From assembly GCA_965202585.1 (NCBI GenBank), contig OZ241828.1, positions 41,044,001-41,108,000 on the forward strand: a DNA stretch of 64,000 nt, written 5' to 3'. This document shows positions 10,505 to 22,489 of the stretch, one piece after another. Made by a program: the position numbers and the translations under genes. How positions within the stretch are numbered: position 1 is the first letter of the stretch; each line of letters begins with the position of its first letter. This DNA is from Thalia democratica (lineage: Eukaryota). The notes below the pieces were generated by a model. It was not told the origin of the DNA. It worked only from the letters and a program-made list of their open reading frames with translations, and made no database searches.

Positions 10505-12645
10505 TAGTGATCTACCGGATCCAAGATCTGGATCTGCCCAGAAACACCCATTTTTTGCCTGGATCTGGAACCAGCCGGATACTCATTTTAAAAAAAGAGT
10601 TGGAACCGGATCCTAGCTGAGATTTGGCCGGTTCCGGATCCAGTTAGTTTGAAATACTTTGTTTTCCGCGATCAGTTTTATTACTTATAATATTTTCTTT
10701 TGTTAATATAAAACATATATTTAAATGTTGATGTGTTTCAATTTGTTAAAAGTCTTAACATTTTTAGTATAACTATTTTATGTCTTTTATTCTTTTTATT
10801 TTAACTATTTTATTCTCATTTGATTATATTTAATAATGTAAAAACTCTAAACGTACAGCTCATTTAATATTTGGTTACTGAAATTTTAAAATGCAGCAAT
10901 AGTTCAAAAAAATTTCTGCGCGACAATTTATTTAACATGAAGGCTGGTATGTTGTTCTTAGAATCCACTTCAGCACCCTGTTTCATTCATACGCTTCAAC
11001 TGATAATTAAAGATTCACTGTTTTCAGAAAATAACGTAAGTGTGTTAATAGCGAAGGCCCGTCAAACTGTTGGCGACTTTAATAATTCTTCTACAGCGAG
11101 CGAGAAACTAAAAAAACCCAGATCACTTTAGGTTGATCAGTGTCAATGCAAAAAGCCTTGCTACTTGTGCATGATTTTGAAACAAGGTGGAACTCAACCT
11201 ACCTTTTATTCTGAAAATACTAGAATTGTTTAAAACAAGTTTCCAGAGAACTACGTGGCTAACAACAAATTTAACCCAAAAATTTTTTTTTCACCTGATG
11301 AATGGAAACTAACTTAGTAGCCTCCTTAATGAGCTGCTCGAACCATTTTACATAGTAACGCAGCAGTGTAGTAAAAACAACGCATTGCTGTCAAGTGTAA
11401 TCCCGCATGTAGCAATACTAAAAAAATGTTTTGCTCATAAAGTTTATAGTCCACCTGGTCAATGTAGTTCTTCAACCTTTGCAGAAAATATAAAAAATGC
11501 TTTTGAAAGAAAACTACAGCAAACGAATAAACCTTCATCATAACAACTTGTTTTTACTCACAACAGCTGTTGATCCACGGTCTCGACTTAACTTTTTCCA
11601 TGCTAATCTAAAACAGAAGGTTGTAAGGCTACTGAAATCAGAAGTAAAAAATCATAGTTGTTGTGAGACTGGTCAAAGTGGTCAAATTCCTCTAGTACCG
11701 CCTAATAAACCTAAAGCTAAACTACCTAAAAATGATGTTCCCAAAGACTTTTTGTCGTTCTATTCTACAGTTAAATATAAAACAAGTGCAAACACTCACG
11801 AAAGTGAGCAACAAGATTCAGTTGATCAAAATATTGAGACAGAAATTAAGTTTTTTTTGCTGAAAAAAAAATCTGCTGGAGAAGTTAAAGAAGCTGAAGT
11901 CTTGTTTTGGTAAAACTCAAACAATAAAAATACACACATCTTGCCAGGTTTGCAAAAAGGTATCTTTTGGCGCTACCATCTTCCGTTTATTCTGAAAGGT
12001 TATTTTCAGAAGCTGGTAACTTGTACGAACAAAAGCGAAATCGATTGCTTCCAAAAACTGGCAGATAAAATTTATATCTTCATAGCAACTTGAACAAACA
12101 AGAGTAGGTATCTTTGTAGCTTAATGGCGTTGGTGATTGTTATTTACTAGATTACTTGATTTTATATTTGTAAACGTAAACAGTTGCTAAAGAATTTTAT
12201 GTTTATCTAATAAATCGAACTTACATAAATAAAAGTATAATGTAAAGCTTAACATAATTAAAATAAATAAAGTTTGTCATTTTTTAAAGCATTGTTACAT
12301 TTATTTCCTTTTTTTTTACGTCATACAAGGTACAAAATTCAACTTTAGTCGTATAAGTAGCTTGAAATTTAACACTTAAACTGAGATTTCATATAAGTTA
12401 GTTTTTTTTTCAACTCTCTTTTTCCTAGTGTTAAAATACAATATTTAGGCAATAACATTTTGTTTTTTTCAACAACTATTACTAACTAATTGTATTATAA
12501 TAATTAATTTTTATAAGTTTTTTCTTTATTGAAACTACATAAAACATATAGGATCCGGAACCGGATCCGGCCGGATATTAAATTAACAAATAAATTCGGA
12601 TCCAGATCCGGCCAGATTCTAAATAGTGGATCCGTTAGATCACTA
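10505..12645 (+). mobile_element. hAT (ZBED1/ZBED4-like) DNA transposon, both TIRs, defective transposase (copy B)
   Basis: TIRs tagtgatctaccggatcc and ggatccgttagatcacta (one mismatch). Transposase fragments 10871-12090. The interrupted gypsy reading frame (CNS|IIYV) resumes right after the right TIR. TSD is degenerate. Confidence 0.9.
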
Positions 12646-12870
12646 AGTATTATCTATGTTAGCGACTCAGTAACTGGTTTTTTCTATCGTATGAAACACT
12701 AGTTGAAATCCAAATTATTGATAAAGATTTTCCCACTATTGGTTCTCAGCTGCCTCATCAGCATTCTAAAATTATTGCAAATTTGAATAAAAAAAAAAAA
12801 AAAATCAAAGTGAGCTGAACTCACATGATGTAATTTGTAATTGCCCAACAAGGAGCAAAGTTCCAGAGGA
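12646..12870 (+). mobile_element. Gypsy pol continuation after the hAT insertion
   Basis: SIIYVSDSVTGFFLSYETLVEIQIIDKDFPTIG...ICNCPTRSKVP continues the protease region. Confidence 0.7.
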
Positions 12871-13625
12871 GGCGTAAACGAAGGTTTACAGCTGAAATTT
12901 TCAGCGGAACATGTGCGACGACGTACTGTCGATAAAGAAGCCCATAGGAATTGGCCTCAAAATAACCCAAGAGATCATTGCCGGGTCGGAAAACAATAGA
13001 AGGAATGAACTCGTAGGCTTCCAACAAAGTGGTTATAACCCTTTCAAACCACCCTTTAAAAACTATGAAAACAACATGCGAGGATAAAGTTGTTGTCTTA
13101 TCTTTAATCTATTGTCTAAAGTTTGACCTAATTTTTCATCTTTGAACTAATGACTTAATTTGATTTGAAGTCTCAAAGTAGAATCAATGACATAGTTATT
13201 GGGTTAATTAAGATAGCATGAAGAATAAATCCTTATTTAATTTCATTTATATTATTTATAAACATTAAACCATCTGTAATATACTATAGGTAATAGATAA
13301 TGGAATACTATAAAATGAGCTACATAACCCTACAGTTACAGTCTTTTGATGCTTAGAATCTAATCATACACAAAATCTAAAAGTAAAAACATAAATTATT
13401 AAGACAAAAAATATAGCTATAAAAGTTATTTGTATATTCCTAAAACGTTTTACTTTTAAAGCAACACAACAAAGTTTGGTAAGAGATTATAAAAAATAGG
13501 TACAAAAATTTATAAAGAATACTAAGCTTTGAATTTTTTAAAGTTGAAATTAAACAACACTGTTAAAAACCAGGTGTTTACTTTTGTTAAGTATTTAATT
13601 TGTTTTAAATATAGTATATATTATA

Positions 13626-13884
13626 AGATGTAACGTTATAAGGCGTTAAATCCTGGAGATCCTGATAAGTTAAGCTTATCGGAATGTATATCACAGATGT
13701 TCTTGTGCTAAAACTTTATTTCAACTAACGGCGTTTCACTGCTCTCAAATAAATTTAAGAACAGATCTACGGAGTCTCAAAATTCTTAGAGCTTTTTGAG
13801 ACTCCGTAGATCTGTTCTTAAATTTATTTGAGAGCAGTGAAACGCCGTTAGTTGAAATAAAGTTTTAGCACAAGAACATCTGTG
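13626..13884. mobile_element. Palindromic micro-insertion with 17-bp TSD (probable Penelope-like retro-fragment)
   Basis: Absent from copy 1 of Y. TSD atatagtatatattata at 13609-13625 and 13885-13901. Perfect inverted arms of ~96 bp (13687-13782, 13794-13889). Confidence 0.7.
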
Positions 13885-15388
13885 ATATAGTATATATTAT
13901 ATTTTTTGCAGAGATAAATTAATGTAATGCCGTTTATTTTTATAAAAACAGCTTTTCATGTACTTTTTTTTAACCTAACGTTTTTTTTTGAATACTATAT
14001 ACAAGCTTATACAATATTTAAGTAACACAACATCAAAGAAATTAAAGATTTCATTAGTTGTATGATTTTAATTTGTTTTATAGTTGATGCACTTTAGTCA
14101 ATTGGTTTGAGTCTCCAGAGAGATCTCAATTTTAAACCAATTTCAGCAGAAAGACCAACGAGCAGGCAGTTGTAAAGTTTTTAAAATATGTAATTTTATT
14201 TTTACTTAGAGTTAAGAAAGTAACATATTTTTTAAACTTTACAAAAGGTGCATCCGACATAGCTTAAAGTAAGCTATGAAGCTTTCCATATAAAGAGTTG
14301 CAGCTAATGTTTATTAATAATACTGTTTACAATCTAATTAAAATTTAATCAATAAAAATTGGCTGCAACTCTTTGGAAACTTAGTTTCCTTTTCTATTTA
14401 ATAAAATAAACATTTCATTAAACTAAATAAAACGAACTTAAAAAAATTAAGAAATGTTAATAATTAAACGTCCTTGATGCAAAATTTACTGTAATAAAAA
14501 GAAGCTAAATAATTTTTTTTTTAAACCATATCAAAGTAGTTGTCTAGTTTAGTTTAAGAATATCAATTAAAGTGATATTTAAATTATTAACTATTTAAGT
14601 TTCAAAACATACACAGCAAAAAAAAAGAACTCTAGACAAAGAAAAGGAACTTTAAGTAAAATCTCAAGAACAACATTTCAATTTAATTATTAAAATAAAA
14701 GTTTGTTGCTTGTTTACAGAAAAAAAATATTTATAGAATTATGTTACAAAAAGTAAGCATTTATTTAGTTATATTATAATAACAGATTATTCAAAACTGA
14801 CAATATTTTTTTATGAAGAAAGCAAATAATAGTTGGTAAAATAATATAAAGTAAATTCGAATCAAAGTATATTATATGATTAACAAAAATTATGTTGATT
14901 CTGAAAGTTAAAAAAATATTAGTAAGGTCAAAAAAAATCACTAAAACAATAATCAATAATAAATAATTTTACAACTAAAAATAACTAATATTAATTTAGA
15001 CAAATTATCTATACATGACTGAAACATTATACATTAGAGCGATATATGCAGGATACATAAAAGGTATATTCTAAGTTATCAAAAGCAAATAAATTAAAAG
15101 TGAATCGTTGAGTTTAAATTATATTTAGAAAAACATCTAGCTAGAAGTATTTTGTTTTTTAAAATAACATCTTCAAAAAAACTATTTTAATGTCTAGTCA
15201 CATAGTCAACTAGTCACATGAAAAAAACGTCGTATTATTGACTAAAATATATCACAGCGTAAAAAACGTACTAAACAATTTATTTAAAAAGTTTTAATAA
15301 GTATAGAGTTAAAATTTTGAACTATTAAAGAGAGATAAATACAAATAACAGTGATGTAAACTAACTTAGAGCTTTTTACGATAAACAC

Positions 15389-16257
15389 TTATAATCGTTT
15401 TCTAACTCTTTTAATCTGGGTGTTGTCGCATATTCGATTGCTCTCTCTTAACTTTTTTCTGTTTGTTTTCAACTGAAAGCTTTTGCTGACCTGGTTTTGT
15501 ATTACGTTTCGGTTAGTAGTAAATCTCTTTAACCCAGCCTTGCATGCAATGTAATCTTTAAAGCTGTTTTTGTGGTTTTTTGAACAAGGTGTTTTACGGC
15601 CGACTACGAATAGTGGATTCGGAGAAACCTCTTTTAGAACAACTGTGCTTGTCTGACTTCTTACACGTCGGTAGCTTCTCAATCTTTTCAACGCAGCTTT
15701 GTAATCTTTGAAAAAAGTTTTCGATTTTTTTAAATCGTAATCTTTTTGACCAACTACAAATAGTGGCTTCGAAAAAACTTTTCGAACTTTTCGTGTATTT
15801 TCACCACAATTGTAATGAGGTCCGCACACTTCAGCCATTTCTTTAACCTTTAGCATTCTTACTTATTTTTTTTTATACCAATCCAAGGATCAGAAACGTC
15901 AACTAGTGTGACCAAAACGTCATCATCAGAATTTTGGCTGTGAACATTACTTTTGTTTTCTGCAGCATTTTCTTTGATGGTGGTTGTTTGAGCACTGGAC
16001 GGGAAAGATACTTTCCACTCATGTCGTCTTTGTAACTCATTCGGGAGGTCTTCCTTGTTTGCATGGTCGAGTGTAGGACTATCGAAATTGAATCTTGTAA
16101 ATTTCAAAACTATCCTTTTACGCTTAGCTTGATCTTCATCTATATGAACTTTAGTTCTTTTGCTGCCTCTTTCACATTTTCTAGGTGTCGCTTGTGTCTC
16201 ATTTGGACGTTTTAGCATAGCACCCGAAAAAATCTTAGAATTTTGAACAGAAAACAT
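15389..16257 (-). pseudogene. Second copy of the basic orphan ORF, split by a 1-nt deletion in an A-run
   Basis: Same protein as 7815-8684 in two frames (15859-16290 and 15389-15856). The break is at ggt ata aaa aaa aat aag taa versus ggt ata aaa gaa aaa caa gta aga in copy 1. Could be a homopolymer sequencing error. Confidence 0.6.
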
Positions 16258-16439
16258 GGTATCACTGTAATAGGTTGCAAAATTATACAAGTATAAAATA
16301 CAAGCTACTTTTGATTTTGTACTTTTAATTAAAAATGAATTTTTAGCATAACTTTTCGACTGACGTCACAAACAAACTTACTAGAAAGCTCCAAATGCAT
16401 AGTTACAATATTGCTAAAATTAATACTTTTGTATGATAA

Positions 16440-16514
16440 GATGTAACGTTAGTATGATAAGATAAGATGTAACGTTAGTTGAAATAAAGTTTTAGCACAA
16501 GAACGTCTGTGATA
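16440..16514 (+). mobile_element. 75-bp insertion of the same family as 13626-13884, 16-bp TSD
   Basis: TSD tacttttgtatgataa at 16424-16439 and 16515-16530. Shares gatgtaacgtta and the 3' end gttgaaataaagttttagcacaagaac(a/g)tctgtgata. Absent from copy 1. Confidence 0.7.
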
Positions 16515-16910
16515 TACTTTTGTATGATAAACTTATGCTATTTTGCAAGTCATTGCGTTGAAACGTTTATTCCAAAATAAGGGAATATTTCAGATGTTTT
16601 TCTTGACTTAACAACTTCAACGTTTAATTGTTTCTTTATTCTATGTTCTTAAAGCATATTTTATATAGCATTGTATAGCTGAATTATTCAGCTTGAAAAC
16701 CTTTTTTTTTTTTTTTGAGTCAAAGTTGATGGTTGGTGCTAGAACTAATAGAAAAAGTGGGATATTTTGGATCTTTCTTAGTTAATTTCACATATCTCAA
16801 AGTTTACATACTAAATTTGATTAACATTTAATAAATATAGTTGAGGTTACAAACTCTACTGTATAATGTTCCAATAACTTAAAAAAACATATACCTCTCT
16901 AATAAAAATA

Positions 16911-17718
16911 CAGTAACCTCTCGCTTATTTACGCACATTGTGTCCACAGAAAAAATGCGCAAAGATATGAGAGATCGTAAAGATACGAGAGGTACCAAAT
17001 ATACTTACTATAATGGCAGTTTTTTGATATTGCTTCTAGTTAAAAGCTGACTGGGGACTTTCTAAATTTTAACTATTGTTTACTTTATTTATAAATAAGA
17101 AAACAAAAGATAAAACTATACATATATTGAAAAAAAAAGGTTCAAATTTATATAAAATAATAATACTCGTAAAAAAAATTTTACTAGTTTAAATAAAAAA
17201 GAGATTTTATCTTTATTTATATGTGATTTATTTGATACTTAAAACTTATATTCCATTCTATTTAGCAGATTCAATTTATAATTAAGCACTTCTTTACAAT
17301 TAAGAAATCTTGTGTTGTCTATATTTAAATTTGTTTCTATAGCCTTTTACAAAAATATGCTTTTGGTGCTGTAATGGATTTCTTCTTTTGAACAAAAATA
17401 TATGAAAAATTTTTAATGAAAATTGTTTATGTTACTACAATTTTATTTAAATTTAATCTCTTATTGTTTACAAAATTTCTGATAAACTGAAGTATAGATG
17501 TTTATGAATTAGTCAAGGAACATAAGTTTACAAAGTCTAAAGATATAGAGAGGTGAGATAGCATTTAAAAACATATTTTAAATTAAAAATATACAACAAA
17601 CCTAATTTGTGAAATATTAAAAAGAAAAGTTATATTTTGAATTTTTTAGAATTCTTAAATGCGTAACTAAACGAGAGTGCGTAACGTCACGAGTGCGTAA
17701 AGATGCGAGAGGTTACTG
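16911..17718. mobile_element. pogo/Tigger-type (Tc1/mariner superfamily) non-autonomous element
   Basis: TIRs cagtaacctctcgc and gcgagaggttactg, TA on both sides. Empty site at ~9240 in copy 1. Confidence 0.85.
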
Positions 17719-18743
17719 TACTGTTAATTTCAAGCTTTTGTATTTTTGTCTTTGATTAAGGTCTTTTTGCTGGTTTATTAATATTAATTAAAAAACATAA
17801 AACAAATAATACTTTTCGTTAGACAAATACAATTAAAAAAATGTTTTTGAAAATAAATTGAATCTTTTTTTTGGATATACTACCAAAACAAAAAAAAACA
17901 AAATTATCTATAACTTATTTCAGTTTCTATTTCATGTCTTCTCAAAATAAGAATAGTTTTATTTCTAAAAAAAGTTCAAGTTCTTTATAAAATGGTCTTA
18001 TTTGCTTAGTGTTTTTTAATTTTTTTAAAGTAGAATATTTTTTAAACATGCTAAAAGACCCAAATTAAAGACAAAAACTAAAAATATAAATTTGAGATAT
18101 GATTCATTCAAAAACATTTTTTATTAAGCAAACAAATAAAATCGAATTCGAAACTAACACTTATCTATTACTTTTGTTAGCAACTAATTTTTAAATTAAA
18201 TTTTGAGTTAGTAAACAGTTAGAGGTTTCATGATAAATTATTCAATTAATACCAATTAACATAATTAAGAAAAATTAATAAGAGATAGATTAGTAGTTTA
18301 TAATTACATAATTATAAATAAGTTACTTGGTAATTTAACTAAGATAAGCAAATGTATAAATATAAAAGTAAAACAAACAATAAACATAATAAAATAAGCG
18401 ACAAACAACAATCCTAACAAGTTATAAAGATTATATTTATAAACGTACTGTTACTTGCACAAGTTAGGTTTAAAAGTTTTTATAATAATAATGTTAGAAA
18501 ATAAAGATAACAAAAATTTATGTGTTTTTGTTGAGATACGTAGACAAACTAAAAAGAGCCAAAACGTCCCACTTTTCCATGTGATGTAACAATGACCCAA
18601 TGAATTGTTGTATATTAATATTTTTAAAAGGTTTTCAATTAAAATGAAATATATTTACACAATTGCAACAAAATCAAAAAGCATAGTTTTATATAAAAAG
18701 TGTAACACAAATAACATTAATGTGAAAGATATTCTGTTTACAG

Positions 18744-21700
18744 CAGGATTTCCAAAAGTGGGCGATATCGCCCCCCTGGGGGCGATTTTAGTATTTCGGG
18801 GGGCGATAATTAGTAAGGGGGCGAAAGGGTGGGCGATAACTAGTAAGGGGGCGAAAAAGAGGCGATTTTAAAATTTTGGGTTGTCATAAAATTTTTACTT
18901 TTATTTTGCTATCTTACTACATTTAGCTTGCTGTTAAATATTTGACCCTGTTATAAAACTTAAACAAAAAGTTTATTGTGTTTATGTAAAATATAGAGAA
19001 AAAAATCAAGTACTTATGACTCCTACTTTCAAGTTAATTACATATTTTCAATTATATATTTTCTAATTCAACACTTACATAGATCATAGACGATCGGAAT
19101 TCTTTTCACTATTTTTTTACCTTACATATATGTTATTTAGGATCATAAATGGTTTGTAAGAATCTATGTTATCTATATTAACTATCACCTCATGATGTTT
19201 CCAATTGTTTTTTGAAAAGTCATTTAGTTAGACTAAGAAATAAAACTATACAGGGTTGCCAATTTACTTAGAAAAACCTGGAATTTGACAATTTAGGCAA
19301 AAAAAAAATTTTTAATCTGGAATTTTTAACAATTTCAACATATTAAGTAAAATTTCGATTTGACACAAAAAAGCTATCATATAGATAAAAATATGGATCC
19401 CTTCGTGGCAGATCTTTTTGAAGTAAACGACTCACAGGAAACCTTCTCGGACTTACAAACTGACCTTTAACTCAAAGTAAATGTTTCCAAAGAACGAAAT
19501 GAAAGCTTTTGGACTCAACAAAAACTAAGGCAAAAGTATCCAATCATTGAGAGGAATTTAGATTGTTGTGTATAGTTTTTCCTTCTAGCTATGTTGTTGA
19601 GAAAGCTTTCAGTTTAGTTATCAACATCTTGAGCAAAATATCTAATCTAAATATTAGTAAAGGAGGTGACTTGAGGCTTTATTTGACTGATTTAGAATCA
19701 GATTATAAAAACTTGCAAGCATTCATGAACCTCATCCTTCGCATTATATTAGAATTCAGTAGCAGAAATTATTTTATGAAAGTTTTTTTTATTTATTTGA
19801 TCTTTTAAGATACTTCTTGTTTAACCTGGTTTGTATTGTTTTAAGTCTTTGTATTGTATTATGAATTCTTTTTATATAAAAAATTCTTTTAAGGTGTTTA
19901 TTCTTTAACAGGTTTGCATAATGCCTAATAAATATTAATTACGGTAGACTTCCTCTTGAGTTCGCACTTTTTACCCAAAAAAGTGCAAACTTATACTTTC
20001 TTAAATTTAACTTAAACAAGTCTATTAGTAACTAAGTATTAATAAAACAAAAAATACACAATATTTAATAGCTTATATAAATCTTTTTTTTTATGAATGT
20101 TTGTTTTATGTTTTAGTTGATTTCATGTTTATTCATAACGTTATTGCACATAACATATTTAAATTTGTCATTTTGTAAAAAAATGGTAATAATTTTTGAG
20201 TTAAAACTTTTTTATTTTGTTCAAAGTGCGAATTGAAAAGGAAGTATACTGTATTAATAAAATTTTTTATGTTTTAAATATGTTAATAGCTTTGTTTTGA
20301 CCGGGTTTATTTTGTAGTTTATATTTGTCGATTTACATTACACTAAAAGTTTTTATAGCATAGTGGTTAAAGTATTTGTTTGAAAGAAATTTATTTGACC
20401 TATTTTTGTTATTACTTGTTTAATCTGTTTAAATAAAAATACCTTGATAACCATTTAAGTTTTTATTTCAAAAGTTATTTTTGGTTTTAAAAGAGTATAG
20501 ATTTGATGTCTCTATTTGAAATGACTTCAAATTTTTCATTTAAAAGATTATTAAACTCAAATTTATTTTCTAACTTGATTTATTACTGTTAGAAAATCTA
20601 TCAAATAAAATTAAATAATTTTAAACTAATTATACAACTGTTTTGTGTTTTATTTTATTTTTTAATATATTAGCAATTAGAATATGTTGTTTATTTCAAT
20701 AGTTCAACACTAGCTTTTAGTTTTTCACTATTTTCTTCTGGTAAATTATTATAGGCTAATAACTAGAGAAAAAATAAAATTAAACAGTATTAAATAAGTA
20801 ATCAAAAAGACTTCTACAGTTACAAAAGAAAGTTCAAACACAATAAAAAGAATTTTTTAATTGATTACTTTCTGTTCACAGAATTAACTGTAAAACATTT
20901 GATTTTTTTTGAATTTTAATAAAGAAAAAAAATGTTAAAATTAAGGTTTAGTTTCCTAAAAGTTATTTTAAGTCAAATACTATTTAATGGTATTCTACTA
21001 CAAAACATAAAGTTTAAAAAGTTTAGAATTGAATTTTTAATTTTACAACTAACTTGCTTATAATATATCTCAGCATTGAAATTAATAATTTTACTGCATT
21101 AACAGAAGCTATTGATAAACCAACTTTTTATGTGAGATAATCAACCAGTCAGTCAAACTTCCTAAAACTGGATCAGCAATAATGTTTTAATATCTATTTC
21201 ATTATGTTTAAAAAATTTGTTCATTCTTTTATAGTTTTTAAATCTCTGGTATTTAATTTTAGAATATGCCTATTTATAAAATAATTTGAGTATTTTGTGC
21301 GGCTTAAATAAGTTACTTAGTATTCACTCTAAATGTCCGAAATTCGTTAAATGAGAGATAGTTATAATGTCAGGTTTCAGTTAAGGTTTCAGATGGGTAA
21401 CTTACGGTCCAGATCCAATCAAATTTCGACCCGCCAAGTAACTTGAAAATATTTTGCAAAATAAACGAAATTTAGTTTTTTGATGCTTATGATTTTTAAA
21501 TACACTTTCAATTTGGTTTTCAGTTCTATTAGTATTTCCTAGATCACAATAATAGAAAATCATTTTATTACAATTATTCTCAAGTTTTTTAGTTTTCTAT
21601 ATGTTATTTTTTTAAATTATGCAGTCCACAATTACATTTTTTTAACGAGTTGAAACAAGAAAATATTTTTTAGTAAATATGAATTGCTGACTACAAAAGT

Positions 21701-22046
21701 TGTCCACCACTACCCTAAAATTTTCATTAGTTTCAAAACTATTCATAAATAAACAGGATTGATTACTGATTACACAAGGCTTTTTAGTATTTAAGTATTT
21801 TAATACACTTTACTGGGCTTAATAAGAAAACAACATAACTTATTTTCTCAAGCCCTGTAAACTACTTTGAACACAGCCCAAAAGTGCGCGTATAAGAAAT
21901 ACCAGACTAAATTACATTTTGAACACAATTTTTTTGCTCAAAAGTTTGTACTCAAGAGAAAAACTACTTTTTAAAATCGTAGGGGGCGATTATTTTTCAA
22001 ATTTCTGAAAAGGGGGCGATTTAGTAAATGAGTTTGGGAAACCCTG
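18744..22046 (+). mobile_element. hAT Buster/Charlie-type transposon, defective
   Basis: TIRs caggatttccaaaa and tttgggaaaccctg, perfect 8-bp TSD gtttacag, gggggcga subterminal repeats. Transposase C-terminus FPSSYVVEKAFS...GGDLRLYLTDLE at ~19390-19730. Empty site at ~10258-10265. Confidence 0.9.
19942..20251. mobile_element. Tc1/mariner-type MITE nested in the Buster element
   Basis: Imperfect 29-bp TIRs cggtagacttcctcttgagttcgcacttt and aaagtgcgaattgaaaaggaagtatactg with TA flanks. Confidence 0.65.
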
Positions 22047-22489
22047 GTTTACAGGAATAATCTTAGCTTAGTATTTTAAGCTTTTTCTAGTAAATATCTT
22101 GTATGTTGTCGGCTTGAGCTCATCAATACAATTCTTTTGTTGATGCAATCTATATTTTGATATAGTATTGTAAAGATTCCCATTAATCAGTTTACAGGTT
22201 TCTCTTCCAGATCTGGGTCTTTTGTAGTTGTATTTATATTCAACTAAACTTCGTTAATATTTTATTTTTCAAACTTTTTTTGTCCACCTATAATTTTTTT
22301 TACAGCTTTTTTACTCATATATTGAAGCTCTGTTATAAAACATATTTATCAAAGGCATTTAAAAAGAAAATTAGTCGTTGTAGCATTTTTTATTTATTAA
22401 TTTCATCTAGCTTACTACTTTCGTTTACTCTCTATGGTTGCTTTTTAGGAAAGAAATAATGTACAAAAGTTTTGGTTGTCAATATAAGG

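Larger units (their letters stand above)
13086..22130 (+). repeat. Segment Y, copy 2 (with four extra insertions)
   Basis: Collinear with 5787-10340. Extra insertions at 13626-13884, 16440-16514, 16911-17718 and 18744-22046. Confidence 0.9.

Noticed and set aside
12628-12645. CACTA/EnSpm element suggested by the terminal cacta
   Set aside because: CACTA elements begin with CACTA at the 5' end; this one begins TAGTG and encodes a hAT transposase.
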